Source of the DNA: an uncultured delta proteobacterium | GTDB taxonomy: Bacteria; Myxococcota; Myxococcia; Myxococcales; Myxococcaceae | Length of the DNA: 64,000 nucleotides | Reading direction: 5' to 3' | Assembly: GCA_963771175.1 (NCBI GenBank) | Contig: CAVYSY010000008.1 | Span: 32,001-96,000, forward strand | In this document: positions 54,277-64,000 of the stretch, piece by piece | Numbering within the stretch: the first letter of the stretch is position 1 | How the letters are laid out: each line of letters begins with the position of its first letter | Notes under the pieces: generated by a model | Databases searched by the model: none | What the model was told of the DNA's origin: nothing | The model's input: only the letters and a program-made list of their open reading frames with translations | Program-made: the position numbers and the translations under genes

Positions 54277-55884
54277 ATGGGAATCGCGTCCGCCCTGCTC
54301 TCCCGTCGCGCCCTGCTCGTCCTCGCCGGATGGGCGGTGGCCCTGCTCCTCGCGCACCACCCGGTCCTCCTCTCCGGGATGCGACTCGTCCAGGGTGACG
54401 AGGGAGACGTGCGCTTCGTCCACTACGTCCTGGAGCACGGGTGGCGGCACGTCTCCGGCGAGCCCGCGCACGCGAGCTTCTGGGACCCACCCATGTTCCA
54501 CCCGGAGCCCAACACCGCCGCGTACTCGGAGGTGATGCTCGGGGTGGCGCCCTTCTATTGGGTCTGGCGTGTGCTCGGGCTCGAGGCGGACCTCGCCTTG
54601 CAGGCCTGGGTGCTGACCCTGGCGTCGCTGAACTTCCTGGCGGCGGTGTGGCTGCTCACGCGCGGGCTCGGCCTGCGACTCGGCCCGGCGGTGGTGGGGG
54701 CCATCCTCTTCACCGCGGGGGCGCCTCGCCTCAACCACGCCAACCACCCTCAGTTGGAGGGACAGTTCTTCGTCCTGCTCGCCATCGGAGCGGTGCTCAT
54801 GCTGCTGCGCCCCGAGACGGACCGGCGGAGGGGTGTGGCCTGGGCGGGCCTGCTCGTGGGCGCGAGCGTGGCCCAGCTCTACGGGGGCTTCTACTGGGGC
54901 TGGTTCCTCTTCTTCTTCCTGCTGGTGGCCGGCGTGGCGGCGCTCGCCTCCCGGGCGCTGCGACCCCGGTTGCTCGCCGCGCTGCGCACGCACGGGCCGG
55001 CGCTCGTGCTCTTCGGCGTGGTGGGCCTGGCGGTGCTCGCGCCTCTCGTCCTCCACTCGCGGCAGGCCATCCAGAGCGTGGGGCTGCGCAGCTTCTCCGA
55101 GGCCGAGGGCATGGTGCCGCGCTTCTGGAGCTGGTTCTACCTCGGCCGACGAGCTGGCTGTACGGATGGACGAACCCGTTCCGCCACTTCCAGCGGCTCC
55201 CCGTCCCCTGGGAGCACCAGCTCGGGGTGGGGCTCGTCACCACGGTGGTGGCGGGGCTGGGGCTGTGGCACGCGCGCCAGCAGGCCCGCGATGCGACTGA
55301 TGCTGGTGGTGACAGTCGTTACCGTGCTGCTCTCGGCGCGCTACACCGGTGGCCACACGCCCTGGCTCCTCGTCTTCAAGGGCGTGCCCGGCGCGGCGGC
55401 CATCCGCGCGGTGGCTCGCGTGGGCGTGTGGCTCCTCCTGCCCGCCGCGGTGGGCCTGGCCCTCTTCCTCCAGCGGCAGCTCACCGCGCGACGCACGGCG
55501 CTGGCGGTGGGGCTCGGCGCGCTCTGTCTGCTGGAGCAGGGCCTGAGCGGCCCCACCTTCGACCGGCTCGAGGCGCGAGCGGACGTGAGCGCCATCGTGG
55601 AGCGGCTCCGCCCCGACTGCGGCAGCTTCTTCTACGCCCCCACCGCGGGAGAGTTCCCCGACTTCAAGTACCAGCTCGACGCCACCCTGGCCGCGATGGA
55701 GGCCGGGGTGCCCACGGTGAACGGGTACTCGGGGAACGCCCCCCGGGGCTGGACACTGAACGACAATCGCCGCTTCGACGCGGCGGCCGCCGCTCGCCTG
55801 GATACCGGGCTGGAGTCCTGGGCGCGCTCGCGAGGGCTGCCCCTGGAGAGCATCTGCCGCATCGAGGTGCCAGCGCGGCGGTAG
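54277..55884 (+). CDS. Multi-TM membrane protein, GT-C/YfhO-like (compensating frameshifts near 55145 and 55285)
   Basis: GDEGDVRFVHYVLEH, FWDPPMFHP..NTAAYSE, PGAAAIRAVAR, PTVNGYSG. Confidence 0.65.
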   Translation: MGIASALLSRRALLVLAGWAVALLLAHHPVLLSGMRLVQGDEGDVRFVHYVLEHGWRHVSGEPAHASFWDPPMFHPEPNTAAYSEVMLGVAPFYWVWRVLGLEADLALQAWVLTLASLNFLAAVWLLTRGLGLRLGPAVVGAILFTAGAPRLNHANHPQLEGQFFVLLAIGAVLMLLRPETDRRRGVAWAGLLVGASVAQLYGGFYWGWFLFFFLLVAGVAALASRALRPRLLAALRTHGPALVLFGVVGLAVLAPLVLHSRQAIQSVGLRSFSEAEGMVPRFWSWFYLGRRAGCTDGRTRSATSSGSPSPGSTSSGWGSSPRWWRGWGCGTRASRPAMRLMLVVTVVTVLLSARYTGGHTPWLLVFKGVPGAAAIRAVARVGVWLLLPAAVGLALFLQRQLTARRTALAVGLGALCLLEQGLSGPTFDRLEARADVSAIVERLRPDCGSFFYAPTAGEFPDFKYQLDATLAAMEAGVPTVNGYSGNAPRGWTLNDNRRFDAAAAARLDTGLESWARSRGLPLESICRIEVPARR

Positions 55885-55887
55885 GAC

Positions 55888-56288
55888 TCAGCGCCCGTTG
55901 CGGCGGTTGCGCACGGGCCCGGCACCGGCTGAAAGTGGCCGCCAGAGGGGCCGTCCTCGTCCCGCACGCCCGCGCGCGCGAGGTGCTTGGACAGCCGCCC
56001 GACGAGCATCAGGCCCGCCATGCGGAAGTCGGAGAAGAGGGACCAGAGCGGGTACTTGAAGGTCGCCGGCCGGTTCTTCTCGAGCAGGAAGTGGCTCACC
56101 CAGGCGAAGCCGTAGCCAGACACCACGGCGGCGGGGACGAGCGACGCATCGCCCTTCAGCGCGGCGGTGACTCCCAGACCCACCGCGATCGAGGTGCCCA
56201 CGAAGTGCAACCAGCGTGTGACCGGCAGAGCATGCTCACGGAGGTAGTACGGCCAGAACTCGGAGTAGGTCTGGATGCGCTCGGACAT
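55888..56288 (-). CDS. DUF962/Mpo1-like membrane protein (3' frameshift likely)
   Basis: FWPYYLREH, RWLHFVGT, GYGFAWVSHFLLEKNRPATFKYPLWS. Confidence 0.88.
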
Positions 56289-56396
56289 GGGGAGATTGTG
56301 CGACTGGAGCCTCCCCCTCCGTCAACCACCCGTCACACCTCTTTGGCGACCCGGTGGCATTCGTCCTAGGGTTGTGCGTCTCCAGGAGGACGGACC

Positions 56397-57435
56397 GTGA
56401 ACGACTGGACGCCCAAGCCCAACCCCTCCGCCCGGCTGGAAAGACTTCCCCTGACGCCGGAGGAGGGCTTCGTCCTCTCGCGGCTGGACGGAGCCACGGC
56501 CGTGCGGCACCTGCACCGCCCTCACCGGGTTCCCCACCGAGCGCATTCAGGCCATCCTGGCGCGCCTCGTCTCGCAGGGCGCCGTGCTGCCCGGCCCCAC
56601 CGCCGCACCCGCGCCACGGCCGCCCTCCACCGGGACCCGGGCCGACGCTCCCGCTGACGAGCCCCCGGTCGGGGACGAAGAGCCCCAGGCCCCCGAGGAG
56701 GACGAGGCACCCGAGGACGCCACGGTGGAGGCCGCCGCGGGCAACTGGCGTCAGGTTTTCGAGCGGCAGCTCCACCCGCTCCCCGAGGACGAGCGCGCCA
56801 GCCGGGCCCGCGCCGCCGAGGAGCCGGAGCTGTCCGCCTTCTGCTTCGACCCGGTGCCGGCGGTCATCAAGTCCGTGCTGGAGAACACGCGGGTGGGACT
56901 GGGGCACGCGAGGCTCATCGCGCGCCACCACCACAACCCGGTGGGGCTGGAGGCCCTCTGCGGGCGAGCGGCCTTCACGCAGGACTCCGGGGTGCGCCGC
57001 TGGCTGGTGCGCAATCCGCAACTCCCCTCGGGACTCTTCCGCCGCCTGTGGTCGGGGCGCCGCCTGCTGGAGCAGTACAAGGTGGCGATGGACCGGGACG
57101 TGCCCGAGGGCACCCGCCGCACCGCGCGCGAGGTGATGCGCACCCGCTTCAACACCGCGCCCGCCGAGGAGCGAGTGGAGCTCATCCTCAACACCGAGGG
57201 CCGGGTGCTGGCCTCGCTGGTGGGGCTGGCGGTGGACGGCAAGACGGCGGCGCTGCTGTGCGGGCGCACCTTCCGCTCGCCGATGCTCATCCAGAACATC
57301 GCGCGCTGGAGCGCGGCGCCGCCGGCCCTCATCGCCCACCTGCTCAAGCAGGAGGCCGTCCGGAGGCAGCCGCAACTGCGCCTGCTGCTCCAGCGCCACC
57401 CCAACGCGCCCGCGGACACGCGCCGCGGCGGATGA
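56397..57435 (+). CDS. Hypothetical protein with N-terminal wHTH-like and C-terminal helical-repeat region (frameshift near 56515)
   Basis: LTPEEGFVLSRLDG; CFDPVPAVI..LENT, WLVRNPQLP, LQRHPNAP. Confidence 0.65.
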
Positions 57436-57500
57436 GTCAGCGCGCATCCCCGTGCGGTGCCCCCGTGTTACCGTGAGGCCTTCGAGCGAAGGGGGGCTCC

Positions 57501-57752
57501 ATGGCGAAGCGGTGCTTGCTGGTGCTGCTGCTCACCGTGCAGGTGGGCTGCCCCCATGCCTGGGGCAGGGAGGGCACGATCGATCAGGCCCTGAAGCGCG
57601 ATCTGCTCGAGTACTCCTCGATGAGGGACTGCGCGCTCGACGAGGAAGAGTGGGCCGACGTCTGTGAGGCTTTCCACGAGAGAAAGAACAATCCCGTGGC
57701 GCAGCGACTCTGCCCCCCTGAGTGTCGCCCCTCTCCTCCTGACGTGCCGTGA
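57501..57752 (+). CDS. Small Cys-containing lipoprotein
   Basis: LLLTVQVGC lipobox-like; GCPHAWGREGTID; GTGA overlap with next gene. Confidence 0.6.
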   Translation: MAKRCLLVLLLTVQVGCPHAWGREGTIDQALKRDLLEYSSMRDCALDEEEWADVCEAFHERKNNPVAQRLCPPECRPSPPDVP

Positions 57753-58688
57753 GTCCGGAGAGTTCCATGAGATGGCGTACGCTCCTGGCCGCCACACTCG
57801 GCCTACTCCTGACACTGCCACTGACGTGGCTGTTCTACGTCGCCACATCCGCTCCGGGTGCGAACAAGCCGCGCGACCAGGACAAGACTCCCGTCCCCAT
57901 GCTCTCTCCAGAGGAGCGACGGAGCCTGCTCACCTACGGGCATGACTGCCAGACAGATAACGACTGCGAGTCGCCCCTCCGGTGCTTCTTCAGCACCCAC
58001 ACGATGAGCCGCTATTGCTCGGACAGCCGCTGCATGACGGACATGCAGTGCCGTGAGGGATTCGTCTGCCGCACCCAAACCACCACCTCGAACCAGGATC
58101 CCATCCGCGTCTGCTCGCTGGTGGGTATGCGCAAGGAAGGCGAGGCGTGTACGGCGCACGCGTCCACGCTGGATTACGCCTGCGAGCAAGGCCTGCTCTG
58201 CAACAGCCGGTGTGGCCGCCCATGCGAACTGGGGGACCCCACCTCATGTCCCGAGGGCTTCTTTTGCCATGAGGGCTCGGATGATGGCCCCTCCTGCCTG
58301 CCCACCTGCGAGGGCCGCACCTGCGCGGACGGCCAGCGGTGCGTCGCCTTGGACAGACCCGCCCTCGAGGACAGGCACGCCTCCATCTGCGCCACGGTGT
58401 ATGGCCAGGACTGCAAGCAGAACCCCTGCCCCCAGGGCCAGCGCTGCCGCATCTATGCCTACCCACGACCCGCGGATGCCGTGTGGATGGAGTGCCTCGC
58501 ATACTGCGGCGAGGACAGCACCTCCCTGTCCCGAGGGCACCGTCTGCCACATGTACCAGTGCCACAAGGCCTGTGCGCCCGAGGACCCCTCGTCCTGCGA
58601 GCCGGGCTTCGTCTGTCATCGGAAGACATCCAAGGAGCCCTGGCGGTGTGTGCCGGCTCCCCGTGCCTCTAGCGAGCCCTCGCCGTAG
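57749..58688 (+). CDS. Membrane-anchored cysteine-rich repeat protein (frameshift near 58525)
   Basis: N-terminal TM followed by dense Cys repeats (CQTDNDCESPLRC, CMTDMQCREGFVC, CPEGFFC). Confidence 0.75.
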
Positions 58689-58691
58689 GCC

Positions 58692-59126
58692 CTACTCGAA
58701 GATGCGGCCCTCGAGCGCCTCGATGGCGGCGCGGATCTCCGCGGGCACGGGCACCTTCTCGTAGCTGGGGTAGCGAATCGTCACGAGGACGGCGCCCCCG
58801 CGCGCGTAGCGCACGCCGCTCTGCGCATCCTCCACCGCGTACTCCATGGTGAGGCTGGAATTGCCGATGCGCGTGACGCGCGCGCCCACCACCAGCTCCG
58901 CCGGGAAGACGACGGCGCGCAGGAAGTCCGCGTTCGTCGCGGCGACGATGGGCCCCACTCCGCCCTCGGGCTTCTGCATCTCGGTGCTCACCAGCCCCAC
59001 GCGGGCCATGTAGGCGATGCGGGCCGCCTCGAACCAGGTGAAGTAGCGCGCGTTGTTCACGTGGCCGTACGCGTCCATCTCGCCCCAGTGGACGGGGAAG
59101 CGCACGGTGATGGGGAAGTCGTTCAT
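58692..59126 (-). CDS. Acyl-CoA thioesterase (hotdog fold, YbgC-like)
   Basis: WGEMDAYGHVNNARYFTWFEAAR. Confidence 0.92.
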   Translation of the reverse strand: MNDFPITVRFPVHWGEMDAYGHVNNARYFTWFEAARIAYMARVGLVSTEMQKPEGGVGPIVAATNADFLRAVVFPAELVVGARVTRIGNSSLTMEYAVEDAQSGVRYARGGAVLVTIRYPSYEKVPVPAEIRAAIEALEGRIFE

Positions 59127-59368
59127 GGCCCTGTCATGCACCACGACGGCCATTCCGAGGCAATCGGAATCGCCCCTCCGGGCGACCCGGAGATGCCGGA
59201 GGAGAAACCCGCTCAGCCCGGCCTCGGCTGCTCGCATGCACCTGAACCGGGAGCGGGAGCGCTCGCCTATCTACTCGCCCTCGGATTCCTCGTCCGGCGG
59301 GGGACGCGACGGGTTCCTTCGCGGTCGGGGAGTTGACCGGAGGGCGGGGCTGGGGGACCGTTCACTAA

Positions 59369-61201
59369 GTGACACCGCACGAGCCTGGCACCGCGAAGCA
59401 GCAGCCGCCCGCGGAGCTCCCCGCCCCCGAAGAGACGTCCCGCGACTTCACCCTCCACGAGGCCGAAGCCTGCGAGTCCGGCACCGCGACCAGACCCGAG
59501 CGGCACGCGGACATGGTGCGCTGGCTCCACCCGGCCATGCTCATCCGCACCGGCCTGGACGCGCTGGTGGCCGCCATGTTCGGCGCTCGCGCGGACCACC
59601 GGCTCATCGAGGCGGTGGTGCGCCCGCAGCCGCCCTACTTCGACTACTCGGACGAGACGCCCGACGAGGACTTCTGGCTGGACTACGTGGCGGACATCGG
59701 TGACGGGTGGAACTCCACCTACGCGGTGGCGCGGACGATGGCGCTGCCCTCGCTGGACGTGACGGACCCGCAGGGAGAGAAGCACGCCCTGGAGCGCGGG
59801 CGCATCCTCGTGCTCGGCGGGGACCAGGTGTACCCGGGCGCCAGCCGCGAGACGTACGAGGAGCGCCTGGTGCACCCCTACGAGGAGGCACTGGGGCGCA
59901 CCCAGGAGCCCAGCCCGGACCTGTTCGCCATCCCGGGCAACCACGACTGGTACGACGGGCTGGCCGCCTTCATGCGGCTGTTCTGCGCCAACCGCTGGCT
60001 GGCCGGCCGGCGCACGCGGCAGAGCCGCAGCTACTTCGCCCTCAAGCTGCCGCGCGGCTGGTGGCTGGTCGGCACGGACGTGCAGCTCGAGAGCGACATC
60101 GACGTGCCCCAGGTGGAGTACTTCCGCCAGGTGGCCACGCACATGAAGCCGGAGGACCGCATCATCCTCTGCAACGCGGAGCCCGCGTGGATTCTCGCGG
60201 CCACCGCCCCGCGCCGCCGCGGCTACCTGGAGAACAACCTCGAGTACCTCCAGGAGAAGGTGTTCGGCCGGCGCATCTGCCTCTTCCTCGCGGGGGACCT
60301 GCACCACTACCGCCGGCACGAGGGCCCCGATGGCCGACACAAAATCACCGCGGGCGGCGGCGGCGCCTTCCTCCACCCCACCCACGCCCCGGCCGCGCCC
60401 CGGCTGCGCGACGGGTACGTGCTCAGAGAAGAGCTTCCCGGACGAGCAGACGTCCCGGAAGCTGGCGCGCAAGAACCTCCTCCTCATCCGCCACAGCCCC
60501 CTCTTCGGACTGCTGACGGGCGCGCTCTACCGCTGCTCGCGCTGGTGACGTACACCGAGATAGGCACCTTGGGGCTCTCGCACTTCATGGAGGCGCTCCG
60601 AGCGGTGGCGTCCTCGGTGGCGGGCCGCCCCTGGTCTCCGGTGCTGGGGCTGGCCACCATCGGCGGGCTCATCGGGCTGGCGGACAAGGCCTTCGGAAGA
60701 TGGCGGGTGCTGGCCGGCACGCTGCATGGCCTCGCGCACATCCTCGCCGCGTTCTTCGTGGCCTGGGCCTCCATCTACTTCATCGTCACCGGGCTGGGCA
60801 TCTGTCCGGAGGTGCTCCCCGGCACCGCCCCGCTGTGCGCCGCCGGGTGGACGCACCTGTGGGCCAAGTTCATCCTCTCCGCCCTCCTCACCTTCGTGGG
60901 CGGCTTCCTGGTGGGGCCCTTCATCATGGGCCTCTACCTCACCGTGAGCGTCAACCGCTTCGGGGCCCACTCCAACGAGGCCTTCATCTCGCTGGCGGTG
61001 CCGGACTGGAAGAACTTCCTGCGGCTGCGCATCGACAAGGCCGGGCAGCTCACCGTGTACCCGGTGGGCCTCGAGCGCGTGCCTCGCAAGTGGAAGGCGA
61101 CGGGCGCCAGCCCCTACGGGCCCGCCTATGACCCGGACGACCCGAAGGCCACCGAGCCCGTCCTCATCGAGCCGCCGGTGCGCGTCACGCCGCGCTGCTG
61201 A
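59369..61201 (+). CDS. Metallophosphoesterase with C-terminal TM segments (compensating frameshifts near 60425 and 60530)
   Basis: ADIGDG, GGDQVYP, PGNHDWYDG, GDLHHY, GGGGAFLHPTH. Confidence 0.88.
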   Translation: MTPHEPGTAKQQPPAELPAPEETSRDFTLHEAEACESGTATRPERHADMVRWLHPAMLIRTGLDALVAAMFGARADHRLIEAVVRPQPPYFDYSDETPDEDFWLDYVADIGDGWNSTYAVARTMALPSLDVTDPQGEKHALERGRILVLGGDQVYPGASRETYEERLVHPYEEALGRTQEPSPDLFAIPGNHDWYDGLAAFMRLFCANRWLAGRRTRQSRSYFALKLPRGWWLVGTDVQLESDIDVPQVEYFRQVATHMKPEDRIILCNAEPAWILAATAPRRRGYLENNLEYLQEKVFGRRICLFLAGDLHHYRRHEGPDGRHKITAGGGGAFLHPTHAPAAPRLRDGYVLREELPGRADVPEAGAQEPPPHPPQPPLRTADGRALPLLALVTYTEIGTLGLSHFMEALRAVASSVAGRPWSPVLGLATIGGLIGLADKAFGRWRVLAGTLHGLAHILAAFFVAWASIYFIVTGLGICPEVLPGTAPLCAAGWTHLWAKFILSALLTFVGGFLVGPFIMGLYLTVSVNRFGAHSNEAFISLAVPDWKNFLRLRIDKAGQLTVYPVGLERVPRKWKATGASPYGPAYDPDDPKATEPVLIEPPVRVTPRC

Positions 61202-61204
61202 GGC

Positions 61205-61666
61205 TCACTCCCACAGCGGCGCGGAGCACTCGCCGCACTGGCGCTGCGCGAGGTCCAACCACTCGAGCGCCTCGGCGAGCACCTCCGAGGTGGGCCGGCC
61301 ATGCACGAGCACGCGGCCGTAGAGCTCGCCAAACCGGTTGGCCACCACCAGCGCCGCCGTCCCCGGCACGAGCCCGAGCGTCTCCGAGAGCTTCCACGTC
61401 ACCGTGCCCTCCGGGTCCTTCAGCGCGCCCGGCAGCAGCGGCTCTCCGGCCCGCCCGGGCATCATCACCGTGAAGACCTCGACCTCGTCCCGGTGCCACC
61501 CCGGCGCACGCGCCAGGAGCTCGCGGTGGAGTCCCTGACAGGCCTCGCAGTTGGCGTGCAGCAGCGCCACCAGCATCTCCCGGCGCTGCCACGCGTCGCG
61601 CGTCCCGCGCCGGTGGCCGTCCTCGGCCTCGAGCTGGAACAGGGGGATGTCTCGTCGCAGCGGCAT
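61205..61666 (-). CDS. Thioredoxin-fold / peroxiredoxin-like protein
   Basis: HANCEAC, DPEGTV, VANRFGE, terminal QCGEC. Confidence 0.65.
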   Translation of the reverse strand: MPLRRDIPLFQLEAEDGHRRGTRDAWQRREMLVALLHANCEACQGLHRELLARAPGWHRDEVEVFTVMMPGRAGEPLLPGALKDPEGTVTWKLSETLGLVPGTAALVVANRFGELYGRVLVHGRPTSEVLAEALEWLDLAQRQCGECSAPLWE

Positions 61667-61792
61667 GGGCCACCTCCTCTCCTTCGATAACACCCGGCCG
61701 GGCGCCAGCCCCACACACCGACCTCACCGCAAAACCAGGGAAACGTGACAGGCACGAGTGCGCGCGGCCCGACTCTGGTGTAAAATTGCGGC

Positions 61793-62425
61793 ATGACTGG
61801 CGCCTCCTGCTTCGTGCAGCCTCGACTTGCCCTCGCCCTCCTGCTGGCCGCGTGTGCCGCCCTGGGGGGACCGGGTGCGCCACCACCTCACGCGCGACCA
61901 CCTCCACGCGCCTCGGCCTCCGAGCCCGTCGCCGCGCCCGAGCCGCCCCCCGCCCCCAAGCCGGCTCCGGCGGCCGTCGCCAAGGCCGAGCGCCCCAAGT
62001 CCACGAAGAAGCGCGCCGCAAAGCCGACACCTGCCCCGGCCCCCGAGGTGAGGACGAACGTCGCGGCGAGGACGCCCGAGCCGAGGAGGCCCCAGCAGGA
62101 CGGGGCGAGCACGAGCCTCGGGGCCACGGAGTCCGAGCCCGTCCCCTTCGAGCCCTCGGGCATGACGCGCCCCCAGCGTGTCAGCGGGAGGGAGCCGCAG
62201 CTCACCCCCGAGGCCCGCGCCGAGCGTGTGCACGGCACGGCGTTGGTGCGCTGCGTGGTGACGCGTGAGGGAGGGGTGAAGGGCTGCAAGCTGCTCAACG
62301 ACCTGCCGTACATGGAGAAGGAATTGCTCGAGGCCGTGTCGAGCTGGCGCGTCACTCCCGTCACCGCCCAGGGCAAGCCGCTGAACGTGGAGTACACCTT
62401 CGTCGTCCGCATCCCGTCGAGCTGA
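61793..62425 (+). CDS. TonB C-terminal domain protein
   Basis: Pro/Ala-rich linker; MTRPQRVSG, GTALVRCVVTREG, WRVTPVTAQGKP. Confidence 0.82.
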   Translation: MTGASCFVQPRLALALLLAACAALGGPGAPPPHARPPPRASASEPVAAPEPPPAPKPAPAAVAKAERPKSTKKRAAKPTPAPAPEVRTNVAARTPEPRRPQQDGASTSLGATESEPVPFEPSGMTRPQRVSGREPQLTPEARAERVHGTALVRCVVTREGGVKGCKLLNDLPYMEKELLEAVSSWRVTPVTAQGKPLNVEYTFVVRIPSS

Positions 62426-62492
62426 GCAGCGCCCGCGCGCTCGCGTGCCCACCGGGTGGCGGATGAGGGCGGCCCGGCGTTAAACCAGCGCC

Positions 62493-63599
62493 ATGCCCAA
62501 GGGTTCCGTCTTCGGTGGGAAGGCCCACGGCCTCCGCCTCGAGCGCATGCGCGCCTCGCCCCGTTTCCTGGACGGGGTCTTCAAGAACACCGCGGGGGTG
62601 GGCCCCGGGCTCAAGCCCGGCACCGCGCTCTCGACGATGGGCGAGTTCTTCCTCGGTGGGCAGCGCCGCACGCCGCCCGCGCCGCTGCCCGCTCGAGAGC
62701 CCGCTCGCGACGTGGGCGCGGCCGGTGGACACGGGGCTGCGCGCGACGTGGCTCGGGCACTCGACGGTGCTGCTGGAGCTGGACGGGCTGCGCGTGCTCA
62801 CGGACCCGGTCTGGGGCGAGCGCGTCGTCGCCCTGGGCCTTCGCGGGGCCGAAGCGCTTCCATCCGGTGCCGGTGCCGCTCTCCGCGCTGCCCCCGCTGG
62901 ACGCGGTCATCGTCTCGCACGACCACTACGACCACCTCGACTACCCGACCATCCTCGAGCTGGCGCGGACGGACGTGCCCTTCTACACGTCGCTCGGCGT
63001 CGGCGCGCACCTGGAGGCGTGGGGCGTGCCGCCCGAGCGCATCACCGAGCTGGACTGGTGGGAGTCCGCCACGCTGCCGCGCGGGGAGCTGCGCATCACC
63101 GCCGCGCCGTCGCAGCACTTCTCCGGCCGCGGCATGGGAGACCGCAACCGCACGCTCTGGTCCTCGTTCGTCATCGAGAGCCCGAGGCACAAGGTCTTCT
63201 TCAGCGGCGACACGGGGCTCACGCCGGAGTACGCGAGAGATCCGCCAGCGACTCGGGCCCTTCGACCTGGTGATGCTGGAGGTGGGCGCGTACCACCCGG
63301 CGTGGGGCGACATCCACCTCGGGCCGGAGAACGCGCTGAAGGCGCTGGAGCTGCTCGGCGGCGGCGCGTTCCTGCCGGTGCACTGGGGCACGTTCAACCT
63401 CGCCATCCACGCGTGGGATGAGCCGGCGGAGACGCTCGTGCGGCGCGGACAGGAGCAGCGGGTGCGACTGGTGATGCCGAAGCTAGGCGCGCCGGTGGAG
63501 CCCTCGCGGGTCGAGCTCGTGGACCCGTGGTGGCGGTCCGTCGGCGCCGCCAGCGAGTTGGAGCGCCCCCCGGCGAGCGCGGTGGACCCGGCGAGCTGA
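62493..63599 (+). CDS. MBL-fold metallo-hydrolase (NAPE-PLD/RomA-like; three frameshifts)
   Basis: TWLGHST, TDPVW, SHDHYDHLD, QHFSGR, GDTG, PVHWGTF. Confidence 0.9.
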   Translation: MPKGSVFGGKAHGLRLERMRASPRFLDGVFKNTAGVGPGLKPGTALSTMGEFFLGGQRRTPPAPLPAREPARDVGAAGGHGAARDVARALDGAAGAGRAARAHGPGLGRARRRPGPSRGRSASIRCRCRSPRCPRWTRSSSRTTTTTTSTTRPSSSWRGRTCPSTRRSASARTWRRGACRPSASPSWTGGSPPRCRAGSCASPPRRRSTSPAAAWETATARSGPRSSSRARGTRSSSAATRGSRRSTREIRQRLGPFDLVMLEVGAYHPAWGDIHLGPENALKALELLGGGAFLPVHWGTFNLAIHAWDEPAETLVRRGQEQRVRLVMPKLGAPVEPSRVELVDPWWRSVGAASELERPPASAVDPAS

Positions 63600-63609
63600 C
63601 GGACACGGC

Positions 63610-64000
63610 TCACGCCAGGCTGCGCGCGAGGCTCCCCAGCGTGGCCAGCGCGCCCTCCAGCCGGGGCGACCACGGGAAGCCGCAGCTCAGGCGGATGAAG
63701 TTCCCGTAGCGCTTCTGCGCCGAGAAGACGGGGCCGGGCGCGATGCTGATGCCGGCCTCCAGCGCTCGCGAGTGCAGCACCAGCGCGTCCACCTCGCGCG
63801 GCAGCTCCACCCACACCAGCGAGCCCCCTTCCGGCCGCGTCACCCGCGTGCCCTCGGGAAAGTGCTCGCCAATGGCCTCCACCACCCGCTGCACCTGCGA
63901 GGCGAGCTGCCGGCGCAACGCGCGCAAATGTCTGTCATAGCCCCCGTTGCGCAGGAAGGCGGCGATGGCCAGTTGCGGCAGCGTGGGCGTGGCCACCGTC
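63610..64000 (-). CDS. C-terminus of a MocR-type PLP-dependent aminotransferase-domain protein (5' end outside window)
   Basis: YDRHLRALR, PEGGSLVWVELP, IAPGPVFS, IRLSCG. Confidence 0.85.
   Translation of the reverse strand, partial: TVATPTLPQLAIAAFLRNGGYDRHLRALRRQLASQVQRVVEAIGEHFPEGTRVTRPEGGSLVWVELPREVDALVLHSRALEAGISIAPGPVFSAQKRYGNFIRLSCGFPWSPRLEGALATLGSLARSLA

Noticed and set aside
52081..55884. 1267-aa kinase-membrane protein fusion
   Set aside because: The HATPase lies in another frame ending at 54214; the membrane gene starts separately at 54277

Overview
This 64-kb window of very GC-rich DNA looks like a myxobacterial chromosome (Cystobacterineae; Archangium/Cystobacter-like). The evidence is a DUF2378/TIGR02265 gene, a MYXO-CTERM-like tail, many lipoproteins, an extra Hsp70 paralog and a split atp operon. 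About 20 genes, including atpH and atpA, are broken by small indels, which most likely reflects long-read consensus error rather than real pseudogenes. The window begins with a MoxR/RavA AAA+ - vWA - beta-propeller (bpX5/bpX6) conflict system, split by an inserted REase-fold toxin plus DUF3396 immunity pair. It then holds a papain-fold toxin/immunity pair, MATE, a Beta_propel lipoprotein, Hsp70 and atpH-histidine kinase-atpA. The middle carries a patatin, two tandem lipoproteins with C-terminal Hint domains lacking the terminal His-Asn, FadL, a SEC-C protein, an AHH/Imm11 remnant next to a palindrome, an NGLAF-repeat lipoprotein and an LVIVD lipoprotein. A four-gene surface operon ends in a TsdA-like diheme cytochrome c. 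The rest is a terpene synthase, a second sensor kinase and assorted metabolic genes. No rRNA, tRNA, CRISPR array or transposase was recognised. All family calls come from reading motifs by eye, not from database searches. The best candidates for undescribed biology are the Hint lipoprotein pair and the BNR/YncE/TsdA-like operon.
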